Positions 1 to 9,564 of a stretch of DNA of 64,000 bases are shown piece after piece. The stretch's first letter is position 1. Each line of letters begins with the position of its first letter. The translations under genes and the position numbers were made by a program. The notes under the pieces were generated by a model. The model ran no database searches, had not been told where the DNA came from, and worked only from the letters and a program-made list of their open reading frames with translations. Source of the DNA: an uncultured Methylomirabilota bacterium (GTDB taxonomy: Bacteria > Methylomirabilota > Methylomirabilia > Methylomirabilales > 2-02-FULL-66-22); the NCBI GenBank assembly GCA_963845565.1, contig CAWJSJ010000002.1:1984001-2048000 (forward strand). Reading direction: 5' to 3'.

Positions 1-113
1 TCGCCACGGCGGTGACGACGGTCCTCGCCTGCGCTCCCCGGTATCGCATCCCGGAACCGCTCCGCCAGGCCCACGCCTTGGTGAATCGGATGCGCCAAGC
101 GGATCGGGCATGA
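1..113 (+). CDS. nfi: Endonuclease V, C-terminal fragment (5' end outside window)
   Basis: Frame starting at nt 3 reads ATAVTTVLACAPRYRIPEPLRQAHALVNRMRQADRA*, matching the EndoV C-terminal R(Y)RxPEPxRxAH motif. Confidence 0.7.
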   Translation, partial: ATAVTTVLACAPRYRIPEPLRQAHALVNRMRQADRA

Positions 114-175
114 TACTCAGCCAGGCTCACCGGCGGCGAAGGCTTCCCGATTGTCCGGCGACCTTTGAAAACGGC

Positions 176-838
176 TCAGCGACGCACGCCCACACCGAGC
201 TGAGGGCAGTCGTCGTGCACCGGGCAGGCGCTGCAGAGCGGCGAGATGGGTTTGCAGAGGTTCTGGCCGAAGGTGACCAAGAGGTCGTTGTAGGGGATCC
301 AGTGTTGCCGGGGGAGGACCTGGCGGAGAGTGAACTCGGTCTGCTCAGGCGTCTTGGTCTCGACGATTCCCAGTCGGTTGCTGATCCGATGGACGTGGGT
401 GTCCACGCAGATCCCAGGCTTGCCGAAGCCGATGGTCAGGACCAGGTTGGCCGTCTTGCGGCCGACGCCCTTGAGCGCCAGCAATTCTTCCATGGTGGCG
501 GGAACCTGTCCGCCGTGCCGCCCGATGAGGGTTCGACAGATTTCCCGGATCGTTCGAGCCTTGGTCCGGTAGAATCCTGCCGGGTAGATCGTCCGGGCGA
601 TGGTGGAAGCGGGGAGATCAACCATCGTCCGCGGGGTCCGGGCCAGGCGAAAGAGGCGGGCGGAGGCCTCGCCGGTCACCTCGTCCTTGGTGCGCAGGCT
701 GATGAGGCACGAGACGAGCACCTGAAAGGGATCTCGGGATTCCTGCGCCACGATGCCGACGGCGGTCGGGTTCCAGCGTCGGCTGGTCCGGGTCAGCGTG
801 CGGACGATGCGGTTGATCTCGGCGGCGGTCCGCGGCAT
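176..838 (-). CDS. nth: Endonuclease III (HhH-GPD DNA glycosylase/AP lyase with 4Fe-4S cluster)
   Basis: LKGVGRKTAN HhH motif, VDTHVHR, C-terminal CKPISPLCSACPVHDDC cluster motif; AAAGGA RBS before ATG 838. Confidence 0.93.
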   Translation of the reverse strand: MPRTAAEINRIVRTLTRTSRRWNPTAVGIVAQESRDPFQVLVSCLISLRTKDEVTGEASARLFRLARTPRTMVDLPASTIARTIYPAGFYRTKARTIREICRTLIGRHGGQVPATMEELLALKGVGRKTANLVLTIGFGKPGICVDTHVHRISNRLGIVETKTPEQTEFTLRQVLPRQHWIPYNDLLVTFGQNLCKPISPLCSACPVHDDCPQLGVGVRR

Positions 839-1076
839 GAGGTGTTCCTTTCGTGAGCAGCAGGCGGTAGGGTGCCAGAGTATAGCACAACGGGGCGACA
901 GCGATAGGGACAGGGGCAATTGGTCGATTTGTCAATTGGTCAATTGGGGAAGGACGGGGAGAGAGTAGCAGACAGCGGGCAGCAGGCAAAGCGCAGAGGG
1001 CAAAGCGCAGAGCGCCAAGAGCAAAGAGGTCGGACGCTATGCGCTTGGCGCCATGCGCCGGTGGAGGAGCGCGACC

Positions 1077-2300
1077 ATGGATCGGCCCTGGGTGGAAGCG
1101 ACGTTCGAGGCGATCGGACGGTTCGGCAAGGGGGAGCGGGGCTTCAACCGCCTGGTGTTTTCGGATGCGGACTGGGCGGCGTGCGACCACTTTGCCGGGC
1201 TGATGCGCCAGGCGGGTCTGGTGGTCCGGACGGACGCCTGGGGAAACCTGATCGGACGGCTGGACGGGACCGATCCCGGCGCGCCGGCGGTGGCGACCGG
1301 GTCGCACCTCGACACGGTGCCCGAGGGTGGAAACTACGACGGCGGCGTCGGGAGCGTGGCCGGTCTCGGCGCGCTGATGCGGCTCAAGGCGCGCGGTCGC
1401 TTCCGACATCCCTTGGAGCTGATCGTCTTCCGCGGCGAGGAGTCGAGCCGGTTCGGAATTCATACCATGGGCAGCAAGGCCATGAGTGGCATGGCCACCG
1501 TGGACGCTTGGCAGCGGTTGAAGGACCAGACCGGCGCGCCGCTCGCTCAAGTCCTGGCCGCCCGCGGCCTGGACCTGGCGCGGCTACCCGAGGCGGCTCG
1601 GAGGACGGGAGAGCTGAAGGCCTTCGTCGAGGTCCACATCGAGCAGTGCTTCGTGCTCGAGCAGGCCGGGATTCCCATCGGTGTGGTCGAGGCGATCGCC
1701 GCCCCGATCCGATTGAAGCTCACCGTGGAAGGCGTCGCCTCCCATTCGGGCGCCACCCCCATGGGCAAGCGGCGGGACGCCCTGGTCACCGCTTCGCACC
1801 TGGTGCTTGCCGTCGAAGCGGAAGCCAAGAAGCGGGCCGACCGCCGGATCGTCGGCACGGTGGGAATCTTGAAGATCGCCCCCGGCGCGCTGAACGTGGT
1901 GCCCGGCCGGGCGGAACTCTGGGTGGATGTCCGCGGCATCGACGAGGCGAGCCTTTCCGAGACGGCCGAGGCCATCGTGGAGGCGGCCAGGCGGATCGCG
2001 GCGAGCGAGGGGACGCGAGTTCAGGTGGAGACCGTCTCGGCCGACACTCCCGTTCCGATGGATCCTGCGGTCATCGGGACGATCGAGGGCGCCTGCCGCC
2101 GGCTGGGATACGCCTTCCAGCGCATGCCCAGCGGCGCGGGGCACGACGCCATGAACATGGCGCGGATCGCGTCGGCCGGGATGATCTTCATCCCATGCCG
2201 CGGGGGTATCAGCCACAACCCCGACGAGTACGCCTCACCCGAGGACATCGTGCGGGGCATGGATGTGCTCACGGAGACGCTCGCCGTGCTGGCGGAGTGA
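1077..2300 (+). CDS. Zn-dependent M20 amidohydrolase (allantoate/N-carbamoyl-L-amino-acid hydrolase family)
   Basis: GSHLDTV, GNYDG, GEESSRF, HIEQ, SGAGHDA, GISHNPDE motifs; GGAGGA RBS. Confidence 0.9.
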   Translation: MDRPWVEATFEAIGRFGKGERGFNRLVFSDADWAACDHFAGLMRQAGLVVRTDAWGNLIGRLDGTDPGAPAVATGSHLDTVPEGGNYDGGVGSVAGLGALMRLKARGRFRHPLELIVFRGEESSRFGIHTMGSKAMSGMATVDAWQRLKDQTGAPLAQVLAARGLDLARLPEAARRTGELKAFVEVHIEQCFVLEQAGIPIGVVEAIAAPIRLKLTVEGVASHSGATPMGKRRDALVTASHLVLAVEAEAKKRADRRIVGTVGILKIAPGALNVVPGRAELWVDVRGIDEASLSETAEAIVEAARRIAASEGTRVQVETVSADTPVPMDPAVIGTIEGACRRLGYAFQRMPSGAGHDAMNMARIASAGMIFIPCRGGISHNPDEYASPEDIVRGMDVLTETLAVLAE

Positions 2301-2417
2301 CGTCGAGCCGTCAACTCGTCGACGGGTCGATAGGTCAAACGGAGCGGGAGAGAGGCCCTTCTGTACCGAATTGACCGATCGACCAGTTAACCACTCGACT
2401 CTTTCCGGAGGAAAGAC

Positions 2418-3809
2418 ATGCGAATCTTCTTCGCGGGAGCAGCCCGTACGGTCACCGGATCGCAGCACCTGCTGGAATTCGACGGCGTCCGGCTGTTGCT
2501 GGACTGCGGGTTCTACCAAGGCCGACGGCGCGAGGCGAACGAGCGGAACCGTAACCTGCCGTTCGATCCCCGCGGGGTGGACGCCATGGTGCTCTCCCAC
2601 GCCCACATTGACCATTCGGGGAACATCCCGACGCTGGTGAAGCATGGTTTCCGGGGGAGCATCACCTGCACGCCGGCGACGCGGGATCTGTGCAGCGTCA
2701 TGCTGCGAGATTCGGCGCGCATCCAGGAGTCGGACGCGGAGTTCATCAACCGGAAGTACGCCGACCAACTGGAGGAGCCGGTCGTTCCGTTGTACTCCGA
2801 GGCGGATGTCCTGAAAGCCTTGAGCCGCTTCCGGACGCTGGATTACCACCAGCCGATGCCGGTCCTGCCCGGGATCACCTGCACCTTCCTGGATGCCGGG
2901 CACGTCCTGGGGTCGGCCATCGTCCAGCTCGATATCGACCGGGCCCCTGACCGACTGCGGCTGGTGTTCAGCGGGGACCTGGGCCGCCGCAACATGTCCA
3001 TCCTGCGGGACCCGGAGATCCCCGAGTCGCCCGACGTCCTCCTCTTGGAGACCACCTACGGCGACCGGCTGCACTCACCCATGTCCGGGATGGAGGAGCA
3101 GTTGACGGCGATCGTGAACCGCGCGGTGGAGCGCAAGGGGAAGATCCTGGTGCCCAGCTTCGCCCTGGAGCGCACCCAGGAGTTCGTCTATGCGTTGCAT
3201 CGGTTGACCGTCCGGAAGGCCATCCCCCAGATCCCCATCTATGTGGACAGCCCGTTATCGGTGAAGATCACGGAGATCTTCAAGCTGCACCCCGAATGCT
3301 TCGACGAGGAGACGCGGGCCTTCCTGCACCAGAACGGGGATCCCTTCGGCTTCGGGAACCTCCGCTACATCAGTGACGTGGAGGACTCCAAGGCGCTGAA
3401 CGGCCAGGAAGGCCCGATGATGATCATTTCCGCCTCGGGGATGTGCGAAGCGGGGCGCATCCTGCACCACCTGCGCAACGCGGTCGAGGACGCCAAGAAC
3501 ATGGTGCTGATCATCGGCTTCCAGGCGCAACACACCCTGGGTCGCCGGATCGCCGAGCGGCAATCGGTCGTGAAGATCTTCGGCGTGGAGCGTGCGCTGG
3601 AGGCGGAAGTGGTGGTGATGGACGCCTTCAGCGCCCATGCCGACCGGGACGACCTGCTGGACTTCGTGACGCGGTGCCGGGGAAAGCTGCGCCGGACGTT
3701 CCTGGTCCACGGGGAAGAGGAGCAGTCGCTGGCGTTCGGGGCGCGGCTCACCGCCATGGGCATCCCGGAGGTCCACACGCCCATGCTGGGCGAGTTCGTC
3801 AAGATCTGA
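2418..3809 (+). CDS. MBL-fold metallo-hydrolase, beta-CASP RNase family
   Basis: GAARTVTGS, SHAHIDHSG, AGHVLGS, ETTYGDR, ASGMCEAGRILHHL, FSAHAD motifs. Confidence 0.92.
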   Translation: MRIFFAGAARTVTGSQHLLEFDGVRLLLDCGFYQGRRREANERNRNLPFDPRGVDAMVLSHAHIDHSGNIPTLVKHGFRGSITCTPATRDLCSVMLRDSARIQESDAEFINRKYADQLEEPVVPLYSEADVLKALSRFRTLDYHQPMPVLPGITCTFLDAGHVLGSAIVQLDIDRAPDRLRLVFSGDLGRRNMSILRDPEIPESPDVLLLETTYGDRLHSPMSGMEEQLTAIVNRAVERKGKILVPSFALERTQEFVYALHRLTVRKAIPQIPIYVDSPLSVKITEIFKLHPECFDEETRAFLHQNGDPFGFGNLRYISDVEDSKALNGQEGPMMIISASGMCEAGRILHHLRNAVEDAKNMVLIIGFQAQHTLGRRIAERQSVVKIFGVERALEAEVVVMDAFSAHADRDDLLDFVTRCRGKLRRTFLVHGEEEQSLAFGARLTAMGIPEVHTPMLGEFVKI

Positions 3810-4026
3810 CGCAGTGCGCGGGGGCAAGTGTGGCGGTCCCGGGATTGACTTTTCGGGTTTGCCCTCCTACTCTTCCCCCCGACCCACGCCACTCCGCCCC
3901 GCCGACGGGGCAGGAGGCGAGCGAGCAGTACACCACCCCCCACCGTTGCGGGACGGTGATGGGATCGGTTCATGGGCGGGACCCGGCCGCGGTCCCTGCC
4001 GACGATCGAACCAGAGAGGAAACCCC

Positions 4027-4728
4027 ATGCAGGAGCCACTCCATTTCCTGACGTTTGGTCCGCACCCCGACGACGCCGAGATCGGCACCGGCGCCTTCCT
4101 CTTGAAGATGAAGGCCCGGGGGTACCGCACCGGCATGATCATCCTGACCGAGGGCGATATGGGCAGCGGCACGCCCGAGATCCGGCGCGAGGAGACCCAG
4201 CGCGCCGCGCGCGACCTCAAGCTGGACGTCCACGAGGTCCTGGACCTGGGCGACACGCGCCTGGAAGACTCGCAGGCGAACCGGCTGGTGGTCGCCTCGC
4301 TGGTCCGGAAATACCGGCCGCAGATCGTCCTGGCGCCCTACTACGGGCTGGAGCCGGGACGGGGGCGCGGGCACGCGGACCACATCGCCTGCGGCCACGT
4401 CGTCTCCCACGGCGTGAACTTCGCACACCTGGAGAAATATCCGGCGGAGGGGCCGGCGCACGCAGTGAAGAAGATGCTGTACTACTTCCTGCCCCCGTTC
4501 ATGCGGCCCACCTTCATCGTGCCCGTGGACGAGGAGTTCCCGCAAGCGATCAAGGCGCTGGCCAATCACAAATCGCAGTTCGACCGATCGGATCGGCCGA
4601 AATTCTTCCCGACCCGCCTGGAGGCGTTCGCCGGTTATCTAGGGGCGCAGGTCGGTGCGAAGTACGGGCAGGCGTTTTACGTGCAGGACGTTCTCAAGGT
4701 GGACGACCCGCATCTGCTGTTCTCGTAA
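4027..4728 (+). CDS. PIG-L family deacetylase, BshB1-like
   Basis: PHPDDAEIG motif, LTEGDMG, HADH second motif; GAGGA RBS. Confidence 0.8.
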   Translation: MQEPLHFLTFGPHPDDAEIGTGAFLLKMKARGYRTGMIILTEGDMGSGTPEIRREETQRAARDLKLDVHEVLDLGDTRLEDSQANRLVVASLVRKYRPQIVLAPYYGLEPGRGRGHADHIACGHVVSHGVNFAHLEKYPAEGPAHAVKKMLYYFLPPFMRPTFIVPVDEEFPQAIKALANHKSQFDRSDRPKFFPTRLEAFAGYLGAQVGAKYGQAFYVQDVLKVDDPHLLFS

Positions 4729-4773
4729 GCCGTTGTCAAAGAATTAGTTGAGCGGAGACATTCCGAAACGGCA

Positions 4774-4830
4774 TAAGGAGCCGTAACGAAATAGAAAGAG
4801 ATGTATAGGTTATTTCGTAACGGCTCCTAA
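4774..4830. mobile_element. 51-bp AT-rich mini-element / IS scar with ~18-bp terminal inverted repeats flanked by TAA
   Basis: AGGAGCCGTAACGAAATA ... TATTTCGTAACGGCTCCT (1 mismatch); TAA at 4774-4776 and 4828-4830. Confidence 0.6.
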
Positions 4831-4910
4831 CGCAGCGCACCCTTTGGCATGCCGCGTTCACGGCTGCACCGTGATGGGCGGACGGTGAACACGTCCGAAA
4901 GACCGAGCGC

Positions 4911-5465
4911 ATGGACGACCTCAAGCCGTGGAAGCGCCTGGGAAGCCGGACGCTGCACCAGCACGACCGTGTGCTGATCCGGGAAGATTGGATCCGGTTA
5001 CCCGAGGGGGGCGAGCGACACTACCCCGTCATGCAGCTCGGCCAGAGCGCCGGCATCGTGCCGCTCACCGCGGACGGGGAAGTGATCCTGATCCGGCAGT
5101 ACCGTCACGTGACCGGCGGCTTCTGCTGGGAGATTCCCGGCGGTGGGATGCACCCGGGCGAATCCCCGGACGAGGCGGCGCAGCGCGAGCTGCGCGAAGA
5201 GGCCGGGTTCCGCGCCGGCCGGCTGCGGCGGCTGGGAAGCTTCTGGCCGAACAACGCGTATCTGGATGAGGTCATCCACGTCTATCTCGCCGACGAGTTG
5301 ATTCCGGACCCGCTCCCGACGGATCCGGACGAATACCTGGAGCGGCGGGCGTTTCCCTTCGCCGAGGCCCTGACCATGGCCCAGGACGACCGGATCACCT
5401 GCGGCCTGACCAAGCTGGCGATCCTCTGGACCGCGGTCGCGCGGACCGCCGTGCCGGCGGCCTGA
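4911..5465 (+). CDS. NUDIX hydrolase (ADP-ribose pyrophosphatase-like)
   Basis: Nudix box GGMHPGESPDEAAQRELREEAG; LIRQYR. Confidence 0.9.
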   Translation: MDDLKPWKRLGSRTLHQHDRVLIREDWIRLPEGGERHYPVMQLGQSAGIVPLTADGEVILIRQYRHVTGGFCWEIPGGGMHPGESPDEAAQRELREEAGFRAGRLRRLGSFWPNNAYLDEVIHVYLADELIPDPLPTDPDEYLERRAFPFAEALTMAQDDRITCGLTKLAILWTAVARTAVPAA

Positions 5466-5530
5466 CGGAGCGCGAACAGTTCGCATCCCCTCCGCGCCGG
5501 ACGGCGCGGCCCAAAAACCTTGAGGGCGCC

Positions 5531-6214
5531 ATGCAGTTGCCGCGGTGGCTTGCGGGTTCGCAACCGACCAAGGAGACGCCGGCCGACGACCGGCCCGCGA
5601 CGTACGCCATCGGGGACATCCACGGGTGCCTCGAGCCCCTGGATCAACTGCTGGAAAAGATCGCGCCGCGTCCGGAGGACGAGCTGGTCTTCGTCGGCGA
5701 TTACATTGACCGCGGCCCGCAGTCCCGCGAGGTCGTGGACCGGCTGCTCGCGCTGCCTCATCGGTGCGTCTTCCTGATGGGGAATCACGAGCGGATGCTG
5801 CTGGACTTTCTGGCCGGCGAGGAGGAGGACATCTACCTGGAGAACGGAGGCCGGGCCACCCTGGCAAGCTACGGCGGGGACCCCGACCACATCCCGGCGG
5901 CGCATCTGGCCTTCTTCCACAGCCTGCGTCCGATGTACGAAACCCCCGACTACCTGTTCGTCCACGCCGGGATCCGCCCGATGGTCCCCGTGGCGGAGCA
6001 GGGAGCCCACGATCTCATCTGGATCCGCCACGAGTTCTTCAAATTCATCGGCAAATACCCCAAGCCGGTGATCTTCGGCCACACTCCGCTCCGCCAGGTG
6101 ATGATGGCGGACGACCGCATCGGGATCGACACCGGCTGCGTCTTCGGCGGCAAGCTCACCTCCGTGAAACTCCCCCAGCGCGAACTCATCCAGGTCCCCG
6201 GCTGGCGCGGATAG
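5531..6214 (+). CDS. Metallophosphoesterase (PPP-family Ser/Thr phosphatase-like)
   Basis: GDIHG, GDYIDRG, MGNHE, FVHAG, FGHTP, IDTG motifs. Confidence 0.9.
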   Translation: MQLPRWLAGSQPTKETPADDRPATYAIGDIHGCLEPLDQLLEKIAPRPEDELVFVGDYIDRGPQSREVVDRLLALPHRCVFLMGNHERMLLDFLAGEEEDIYLENGGRATLASYGGDPDHIPAAHLAFFHSLRPMYETPDYLFVHAGIRPMVPVAEQGAHDLIWIRHEFFKFIGKYPKPVIFGHTPLRQVMMADDRIGIDTGCVFGGKLTSVKLPQRELIQVPGWRG

Positions 6215-6350
6215 ATCGTGCCGGGCTCTTGCTCGCGCCAACCACCGACCCGGTCTTTGAACGCCGTCACTGAGGATTCCGAGAGGGGGCGAAGGCCGGT
6301 GTTCGCCGCTCGCGGGTCCGTACACCGTAACCGTGCCCGGTCACCAACGG

Positions 6351-7050
6351 CTACTCCGAGCGGTGGAGTTGGTCCGTGACGCCGCGGCGGGCGCCCAGGC
6401 GGTGGGGGATGACGTAGAGGAGGGCCAGGACGACGCCGGCGATGACGAGGTAGCCGACGAGCCATCCGAGGTTCGCATCGCCCACCACCAAGGCGTCGCC
6501 GGCGATGACGAGCGCTGCCGTGCCAGGGATCATGAAGACCGCCGTGACGACCAGGTACGTCAGGAATCCGATGCGGGTCAGGCCGTAGGCGTAGTTCTGC
6601 AGGTTGAAAGGGAAGATGGGTACGAGGCGCGTGAACGCCAAGATGTACCAGCCGTGCTCGGCCACCGCCTCGTCGATCCGCGCCAAACGCGGGTGTCCGG
6701 CGATCCATCGTTCTACCATCCGGCGCCCCCCGTGCCGCGTGATCAAGAACGCCAGTGCCGCGCTGATGGTGGCGGCGATACACGTGTGCACCGTGCCCCA
6801 GAGGGGCCCAAAAGCGATCCCGGCCAGGATGGTGAGCGGGAGGGCGGGGACGAAGAGTAGTTCCATGGCGATGTACGCGGTCACGAAGGCGACCGGCGCC
6901 CAGGGGCCGAGGCCGTCCACCCAGCGCTGGAGGCGGGCGAGGTTCTCCAGCCGGAGGTACTCGTAGACCCCGAGAGCCCAGACGAGGACGATGCCGGCGA
7001 GGATCGCAAGGACGCCAGATGAGAGGGCCGCCAGCGACCGGGACGGGTCT
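6351..7050 (-). CDS. TVP38/TMEM64 (DedA/SNARE-associated) membrane protein; start uncertain, probable 5' indel
   Basis: TRLVPIFPFNLQNYAYG motif; the hydrophobic N-terminal helix continues upstream of GTG 6920 without an in-frame canonical start. Confidence 0.8.
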
Positions 7051-7101
7051 CCACAGGCGGGAGGGCCGACCCTCGCGTGGACGAAACGGTTTTCTGCGGG
7101 C

Positions 7102-8640
7102 CTACCGAGTCCAGGTCAGCCACTTCTGGAACGCCTTCTTGAGGAATGGCGTCAGCCGGGTCCGATTGTACTGGTCTCCGAGCTTCCGGATGGCCTCGGC
7201 CTGGGTTGGATACGAGTGGATCGTGGAGGCGATCTTCCCCAGACCCAGCCCCTGACCGATGGCCAGGGTCAGCTCCGGAAGCATCTCGCCCGCGTGCCGC
7301 GCGACGACCGTCGCCCCCAGGATCCTGTCCGTCCCTGCCCGGACGAGGACCTTGACGAATCCTTCCGTCTCGCCGTCCAGCACGGCCCGGTCGACGTCGC
7401 CCAGCTCCTGCACGAAGGTCCGCACAGGAAGCCCCTTGGCCTGTGCCTCTCGCTCGTACATTCCGACATGCGCGACCTCGGGATCGGTGTACGTGCACCA
7501 CGGAACGGTGAGGGCGCTGGCCTTGGCGCGCCCGAAGAAGAGGGCGTTCTGGATCACGATCCGCGCCTGGAAGTCCGCGGCGTGGGTGAACTTGTACGGG
7601 GAGCAGATGTCCCCGGCGGCGTAGATGCGCGGGTTGGTGGTCTGGAGCCGGTCGTTGACCTTCACGCCGGTCTTCTCGACGGCGACGCCGACCGTGTCCA
7701 GGTCGAGGCCCTCGACGTTCGGCCGGCGCCCCACGCCGACCAGGATCTCGTCCACCGAGATGTCGTAATGCTGCCCATGGGAATCGACCGTCAGGCGTTT
7801 GCCGTCCACCGTCTTGGTGACCTTGAGATCGCCGCCACAGCATAAGAGTGTGACGCCGTCCCGGACCAGCGCCCGCAAGACGATCTCCGCGGCGTCGCGA
7901 TCCTCGTTGGGCAGGATGCCGTGCTGGGCCTCAATAAGATACACCCGGCTTCCAAATCGCGCAAACGCCTGTGCCAACTCGCAGCCGATGGGCCCGGCGC
8001 CGATCACGGCCAGGCGGCCCGGCAATTCGGTCAGATTGAAGATCGTCTCGTTGGTCAGATAGCCCGCGTCGGTTAACCCGGGAATCGGCGGCACGGCGGC
8101 CCGGGCCCCGGTGGCGATGACCGCCTTCTTGAATCGCAGGGTCTTCCCAGCGACCTCGACTGTATCCGGGCCCGAGAAGCGCCCTTTGCTCAGGAAGACA
8201 TCCACGCCCAATTCACGAAAGCGCCGGGCCGAGTCGTTCCGGCTGATGCCGGCTCGCAGCCGGCGCATCCGCTCCATGACGGCCGGGAAACCCACCCGGA
8301 TCCCCGCGGGGACGTCCACGCCGTATGCGCCGGCATCCCGGACATCCGTCCAGGCGCGGGCGGCACGGAGAAGAGCCTTGGAGGGGACGCAGCCGACGTT
8401 CAGGCAATCCCCGCCCATGAGGTGTCGCTCGACCAGGGCGACCTTTGCCCCCAGACCGGCGGCGCCGGCGGCTGTGACGAGGCCTGCGGTCCCCGCGCCG
8501 ATGACCACGAGATTGTAACGTGGGGCAGGTTCCGGGTTCACCCAGTCGTCCGGGTGGACGTTCCGGACCAGGACCCGGTTGTGCTCATCCCAGGGTTCCA
8601 CGACGACGGAGTGCTCGGCACCGTCCCCGCTCTGATTCAT
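7102..8640 (-). CDS. FAD/NAD(P)H-dependent pyridine nucleotide-disulfide oxidoreductase (MerA/LpdA-like, lacks MerA C-terminal CC)
   Basis: GAGTAG, GGDCLNVGCVPSK redox disulfide, GAGPIGCE, IYAAGD, HSYPTQAE. Confidence 0.9.
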   Translation of the reverse strand: MNQSGDGAEHSVVVEPWDEHNRVLVRNVHPDDWVNPEPAPRYNLVVIGAGTAGLVTAAGAAGLGAKVALVERHLMGGDCLNVGCVPSKALLRAARAWTDVRDAGAYGVDVPAGIRVGFPAVMERMRRLRAGISRNDSARRFRELGVDVFLSKGRFSGPDTVEVAGKTLRFKKAVIATGARAAVPPIPGLTDAGYLTNETIFNLTELPGRLAVIGAGPIGCELAQAFARFGSRVYLIEAQHGILPNEDRDAAEIVLRALVRDGVTLLCCGGDLKVTKTVDGKRLTVDSHGQHYDISVDEILVGVGRRPNVEGLDLDTVGVAVEKTGVKVNDRLQTTNPRIYAAGDICSPYKFTHAADFQARIVIQNALFFGRAKASALTVPWCTYTDPEVAHVGMYEREAQAKGLPVRTFVQELGDVDRAVLDGETEGFVKVLVRAGTDRILGATVVARHAGEMLPELTLAIGQGLGLGKIASTIHSYPTQAEAIRKLGDQYNRTRLTPFLKKAFQKWLTWTR

Positions 8641-8658
8641 GGAACGTCCTTTTTTCGG

Positions 8659-9387
8659 TCAATCGGCGATGCGCTGTTTGAGTGCCGACCGCGCGAGACG
8701 TGTCACGTACACGGTCACGGCGACGGTCGCGAGGAGGCCGATAACGGAAAGCGCCCATTCCGCCGGGGTGCGCACGTGCCCGCCGGCCCCAAGGGTTGCG
8801 AGGTCGCCGGCGAGCGACCCGATGTACACATACATCAGCGTGCCCGGCATCATGCCGATCCAGGATGCCAGGATGTAGTCGCGCGGCGAGACCCGGGTCA
8901 CCCCGAAGGCGTAGTTCAGGAGGTTGAACGGGAATGCGGGGGACAGGCGGGTCAGGCCCACGATCTTCCACCCCTCGCCGGCGACGGCCTCGTCGATCGC
9001 CTTGAAGCGGGGATTGGCTTCGATCCGCTTCACGACCCAGCCCCGGGCAAGATACCGGCCGACGAAGAACGCCGCCGTCGCCGCCAGGGTCGCGGAGCAC
9101 GAGACGAGGATCGCACCCTTGACCACTCCAAAGGCCGCCCCGGCCCCCAGCGTTAAGATGACGCCAGGCAGAAGGAGAACGGCGGCGAGCGTATAGAGGA
9201 GGGCGAACAGCACCGCGCCCCACGCACCGAGATCCTGTATCCGTTCCAGGGCAGCGATGAGATGGACCTGGACATCGAGGGAGCGAGCCACGATCAGGAT
9301 ACCGACGATCGCGAGCAGCGCGAGGATCGGCTTAATTCCCCAACCGGACTTGCGAGTCTCCGGTCCGTTGTGCGATGTGGGTGTCAT
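8659..9387 (-). CDS. TVP38/TMEM64 (DedA family) membrane protein
   Basis: LTRLSPAFPFNLLNYAFG motif, multiple TM segments. Confidence 0.88.
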   Translation of the reverse strand: MTPTSHNGPETRKSGWGIKPILALLAIVGILIVARSLDVQVHLIAALERIQDLGAWGAVLFALLYTLAAVLLLPGVILTLGAGAAFGVVKGAILVSCSATLAATAAFFVGRYLARGWVVKRIEANPRFKAIDEAVAGEGWKIVGLTRLSPAFPFNLLNYAFGVTRVSPRDYILASWIGMMPGTLMYVYIGSLAGDLATLGAGGHVRTPAEWALSVIGLLATVAVTVYVTRLARSALKQRIAD

Positions 9388-9564
9388 ATGAGTTGGGCGA
9401 TTGGTCAATTGGTCGATTCGTCAATTAGGCCGATGGGAAACTGGTCGAATGGTCAATTTGTCGATTAGTCGATTGGGCAACTGGGCAACAGGGTAAATCA
9501 TCACCTGGGCAATTCGTCGACTGGGCTCCGGGGTGTCGAATTCGGGCCAGGCGGCGGCGTGGGC

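Noticed and set aside
7102..8640. Mercuric reductase MerA / mercury resistance
   Set aside because: No C-terminal Cys-Cys pair, no N-terminal metal-binding domain and no mer genes nearby
9395..9525. CRISPR array
   Set aside because: Repeats here and elsewhere are short degenerate tandem units without unique spacers; no cas genes
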